NCBI GenBank assembly: GCA_050331735.1
Contig: JBHJGN010000046.1
Location: 19,424 to 83,423, forward strand
DNA length: 64,000 nt
Reading direction: 5' to 3'
From: Cyanophyceae cyanobacterium
GTDB lineage: Bacteria > Cyanobacteriota > Cyanobacteriia > Cyanobacteriales > JBHJGN01
This document shows positions 61,428 to 64,000 of this stretch, piece by piece. Position numbers and translations under genes: made by a program. The notes under the pieces are model-generated. The model saw nothing but the letters and a program-made list of their open reading frames with translations, had not been told where the DNA came from and made no database searches. Position 1 is the stretch's first letter. Each line of letters starts with the position of its first letter.

Positions 61428-62270
61428 TTAGAGCTCTTGTTTGAGGAGGGTAATAACGGTTAACTCTGGAGGACAGAAGAATCGTCCGGGGAAATAGGTT
61501 CCTAAGCCACGATTAACATAGAGTTGATTGCTGCCAATCTGAAACCATCCCTGACTCCATTCCCAATTTTTCACAACCTGGGCACATTCTCTTAAAAAAG
61601 GAATGCAGCTTCTTAACGGTTTGGGTGTTGCTTGCCGTAGATGTTGTAGAAAAGTAGGAGCGGGTCCGATACCGGGAATACTAAACTGACCGCCATGAGT
61701 GTGTCCCGACAATTGAAGATCGACGCGCCATTTTTCTAAGATTGCGGCAGTGTCAGGATTGTGAGAGAGGACAATGCGAGGCGTATCTGGGTTCATTTGC
61801 GCTAATACAGGTTCCGGCTTAAACTCCCGCGACCACAGATCGGCAAATCCCACCACTGGCAACTCTGGTCCCAACGGATAGGCAATTTCATTCCACAATA
61901 CCTGAATACCAACACGGGTAAACGCGGCGGTAACTTCTGCTTTTGCGTTGGGATAGCAGATATCGTGATTGCCTAAAGAAGCGTAGATTCCTCGCCGAGC
62001 ATTTAGATACTTCAGCCGCAGCACGAGGTCGTGAACGGGGGTCGGATCGTCGGTAACGTAATCTCCTGTCAGCAGGACGAGATCGGGTTCTTCCTGGTTG
62101 CTGGCTTCAATGGCTTCTGCTAAGAGTGCTTCGGAAAGCCTTAAGCCATCGTAATGAAGGTCAGATAGCTGGACAATTTTTGTGCCGGTTAACGAGGCTG
62201 GTAAATCGGCGATCGCCACCGTAATTCTTTCTATACTGAGAGGTTCAGTTACGATCCAAGACCAAGTCAT
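61428..62270 (-). CDS. Metallophosphoesterase (YkuE-like)
   Basis: SDLH, TGD, GNHD and SGHTHGG. Confidence 0.95.
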   Translation of the reverse strand: MTWSWIVTEPLSIERITVAIADLPASLTGTKIVQLSDLHYDGLRLSEALLAEAIEASNQEEPDLVLLTGDYVTDDPTPVHDLVLRLKYLNARRGIYASLGNHDICYPNAKAEVTAAFTRVGIQVLWNEIAYPLGPELPVVGFADLWSREFKPEPVLAQMNPDTPRIVLSHNPDTAAILEKWRVDLQLSGHTHGGQFSIPGIGPAPTFLQHLRQATPKPLRSCIPFLRECAQVVKNWEWSQGWFQIGSNQLYVNRGLGTYFPGRFFCPPELTVITLLKQEL

Positions 62271-62379
62271 TGCCGTTAATCTTCCCTTATATGGAGCCAT
62301 TTAAGCATAGCTTACCCTCCTTGAAGCTGAAAGACGAGGAGGATGTAGTCAGGGATACACTCGATCTTGGCTGCTTTTC

Positions 62380-62781
62380 TTAAATCTGTAATTTCTTTTG
62401 CTTAAGCACCGTATATTGAGCAATCTGTTCAAAATCGCGATCGCAGTGATACAGAAGCAAATTGTTTTCCATTGCACAAAGAGCGATCGCACAGTCAATA
62501 TTGCTTCGCACTGTCACTCCTTTACGTCTCAACTCAAAATATAGTCGGGCAGCTTCTACCCATATTCTTGAATAGTTAGGAACAACATATTTTTGCACAG
62601 ATAAATACTGACTTAACTTTTGCCACTCGCTTTCGTCTTTACACCCTTGAAGCAATTCCATTTGAGTAAAGACTGGCAAGTAGTAAGGGCGCTCGTCAAT
62701 ATAATTTTTCAATTTTATTTTGGTAGTGCCAGTTCTGTCTCGTAAAACATTGATCCATACCGAAGTATCAATCAATAACAT
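62380..62781 (-). CDS. vapC: VapC PIN toxin
   Basis: LIDTSVW, E, D..IA and DRDF acidic residues. Confidence 0.92.
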   Translation of the reverse strand: MLLIDTSVWINVLRDRTGTTKIKLKNYIDERPYYLPVFTQMELLQGCKDESEWQKLSQYLSVQKYVVPNYSRIWVEAARLYFELRRKGVTVRSNIDCAIALCAMENNLLLYHCDRDFEQIAQYTVLKQKKLQI

Positions 62782-62980
62782 AGCGATTTTGTCTGACCGT
62801 ATCTGTACTAAAACCTTCGGTAAACTCAATTTGCCCCGCTAAATCTAGTAAATCTTTCGGCGAGCGTAATTTAATTAATTCTTCTAGAGCTAAATTGACT
62901 AATTCTTTTTTGGTGCGTACTCCTGTCACAGCAAAAGCTTTTTCCATGAGCTGCTCGTCTATTTCAATGTTGGTTCTCAT
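62768..62980 (-). CDS. vapB: VapB antitoxin
   Basis: MRTNIEIDEQL...TKKELVNLAL; overlaps vapC. Confidence 0.92.
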   Translation of the reverse strand: MRTNIEIDEQLMEKAFAVTGVRTKKELVNLALEELIKLRSPKDLLDLAGQIEFTEGFSTDTVRQNRYVID

Positions 62981-62999
62981 CAGCTATGTATTCTTGCGC

Positions 63000-63026
63000 G
63001 GTGTACCATACACAAAATTATACACC
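63000..63026. promoter_or_regulatory. Candidate vapBC operator
   Basis: GTGTA-CCA-TACAC inverted repeat plus an extra TACACC, about 20 bp upstream of vapB. Confidence 0.5.
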
Positions 63027-63062
63027 TAATATTTCACAGATATCGTTATTGTAGTTATGAGC

Positions 63063-63370
63063 GGGGGTAGAATCGTCGGTAACGTAGTCTCCTGTTAGTA
63101 CAATCAAATCGGGATATTAATCACTGACCTCGATCGTTTCCACTAAAAGCGACTTAGATAGTCTTAACCTGTCGTAGTGAAGGTCAGATAGCTGGGCAAT
63201 TTTAAGAGGCTGGCAAAGCGGCGATCGCCACCGTAATTCTTTCGATACTGAAGGGTTCAGTTACAATCCAAGACCAAGTCATTGCCGTTTATCTTTCCTT
63301 CGCTACGCCATTTAAGCATCGCTTACCCTCCTTGAAGCTGAAAGACGAGGAGGGTGTAGTCAGGAATACA
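63063..63370 (-). pseudogene. Diverged duplicate of the metallophosphoesterase upstream region and 5' end
   Basis: Aligns by eye with 62036-62360; has a deletion and stops after the TGDYVTDD equivalent. Confidence 0.9.
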
Positions 63371-63568
63371 ATCGGTGGGGGAGTTGGGGGAGCGATCGCC
63401 TTTGTGCTTCCGACGAACGAAATCTACCTGGATGCCCATCCTGAATCTTTGTAAAAAGGCTATTAATAGCTTTTAAGCCTTTTTTCGGGCTATTTACTCA
63501 TCAGCTTCTACTGTGGTCCTTTTTCTGTTGTTATGACAGGATTGTAGGAACCTATTAGTGTTACCGTC

Positions 63569-63861
63569 ATGGCGAATGCTCCATACCTCCCTTTCAGCAA
63601 GAAAGCAGATCAACTAGGTAAAATTATTCACAACCAATATCGCGTCAACGGCGTTTTAGGGAAGGGAAGCGTAGCGATCACGTATAGAGCGATTAATCTA
63701 CAAACCAACTCTCCTGTAGCGATTAAAGTTATTTCTCTTAAACAGCTTGGCGGTTGGAAACACCTGGAACTTTTTCAACGGGAAGCCGAGGTTTTAGCTA
63801 AACTCAACCATCCAGCCATCCCTAAATATATTGACTATTTCAATGTTGATACTGAAACAGA
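63569..63861 (+). pseudogene. Ser/Thr protein kinase interrupted by an IS
   Basis: LGKGS, VAIK and EAEVL..L.HP.IP; kinase similarity ends at CAGGAGTTACGCA. Confidence 0.85.
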
Positions 63862-64000
63862 CAGGAGTTACGCAGTTGGCGAGAGAGTTAACCAAGGAAA
63901 AGCCAAATAAGAACGCACTGCCTCGCGCACGATGCTAGTTTTAGCTTCGTACCAACTGATGCCGGTGTTGAACCAGTGATTCTCTAAACGTAAAAAGGCA
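63862..64000 (-). mobile_element. IS701-like element, 3' end (partial)
   Basis: Terminal CAGGAGTTACGCA; minus strand AFLRLENHWFNTGISWYEAKTSIVREAVRSYL...TA* with the stop inside the IR. Confidence 0.8.

Noticed and set aside
1..64000. Scattered GCGATCGC palindromes and short heptamer runs
   Set aside because: Known HIP1 and STRR background; only the dense cluster and boundary cases are reported

Overview
Cyanobacterial chromosome window: HIP1 octamers (GCGATCGC) occur throughout, alongside petN, psb28, a Tic22-like gene and the panC/cmk fusion. Most of it is housekeeping: fabF (partial), acpP, cysC, rpsN, nth, rseP, thrS, prlC, purM, queC, purU, prmC, tsaC, moaB, hisC, two NDH-2 genes and tRNA-Pro(TGG). 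There are three accessory stretches. (i) A 1336-aa mosaic gene at 22.9-26.9 kb that appears to fuse a DUF616 glycosyltransferase, two SAM methyltransferases and a GT41 domain. (ii) A decaying island between purM and queC (30.7-40.0 kb) with an integron attC-like site, a frameshifted DUF433/DUF5615 toxin-antitoxin pair, several pseudogenes, a truncated IS1, an RTX protein and an orphan WYL regulator of the type usually found at type I-D CRISPR loci. (iii) A vapBC module flanked by a diverged duplicate of a gene 5' end, followed by a Ser/Thr kinase cut by an IS701-like element at the window end. Reading beyond the ORF track also shows a dispersed intergenic repeat family built from 5-bp-stem, 3-nt-loop mini-hairpins with compensatory changes, several small ORFs and remnants missed by the track, a 32-bp palindromic operator and a structured leader. 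No CRISPR array or cas gene was seen. All family assignments come from motif recognition by eye; no searches were run.
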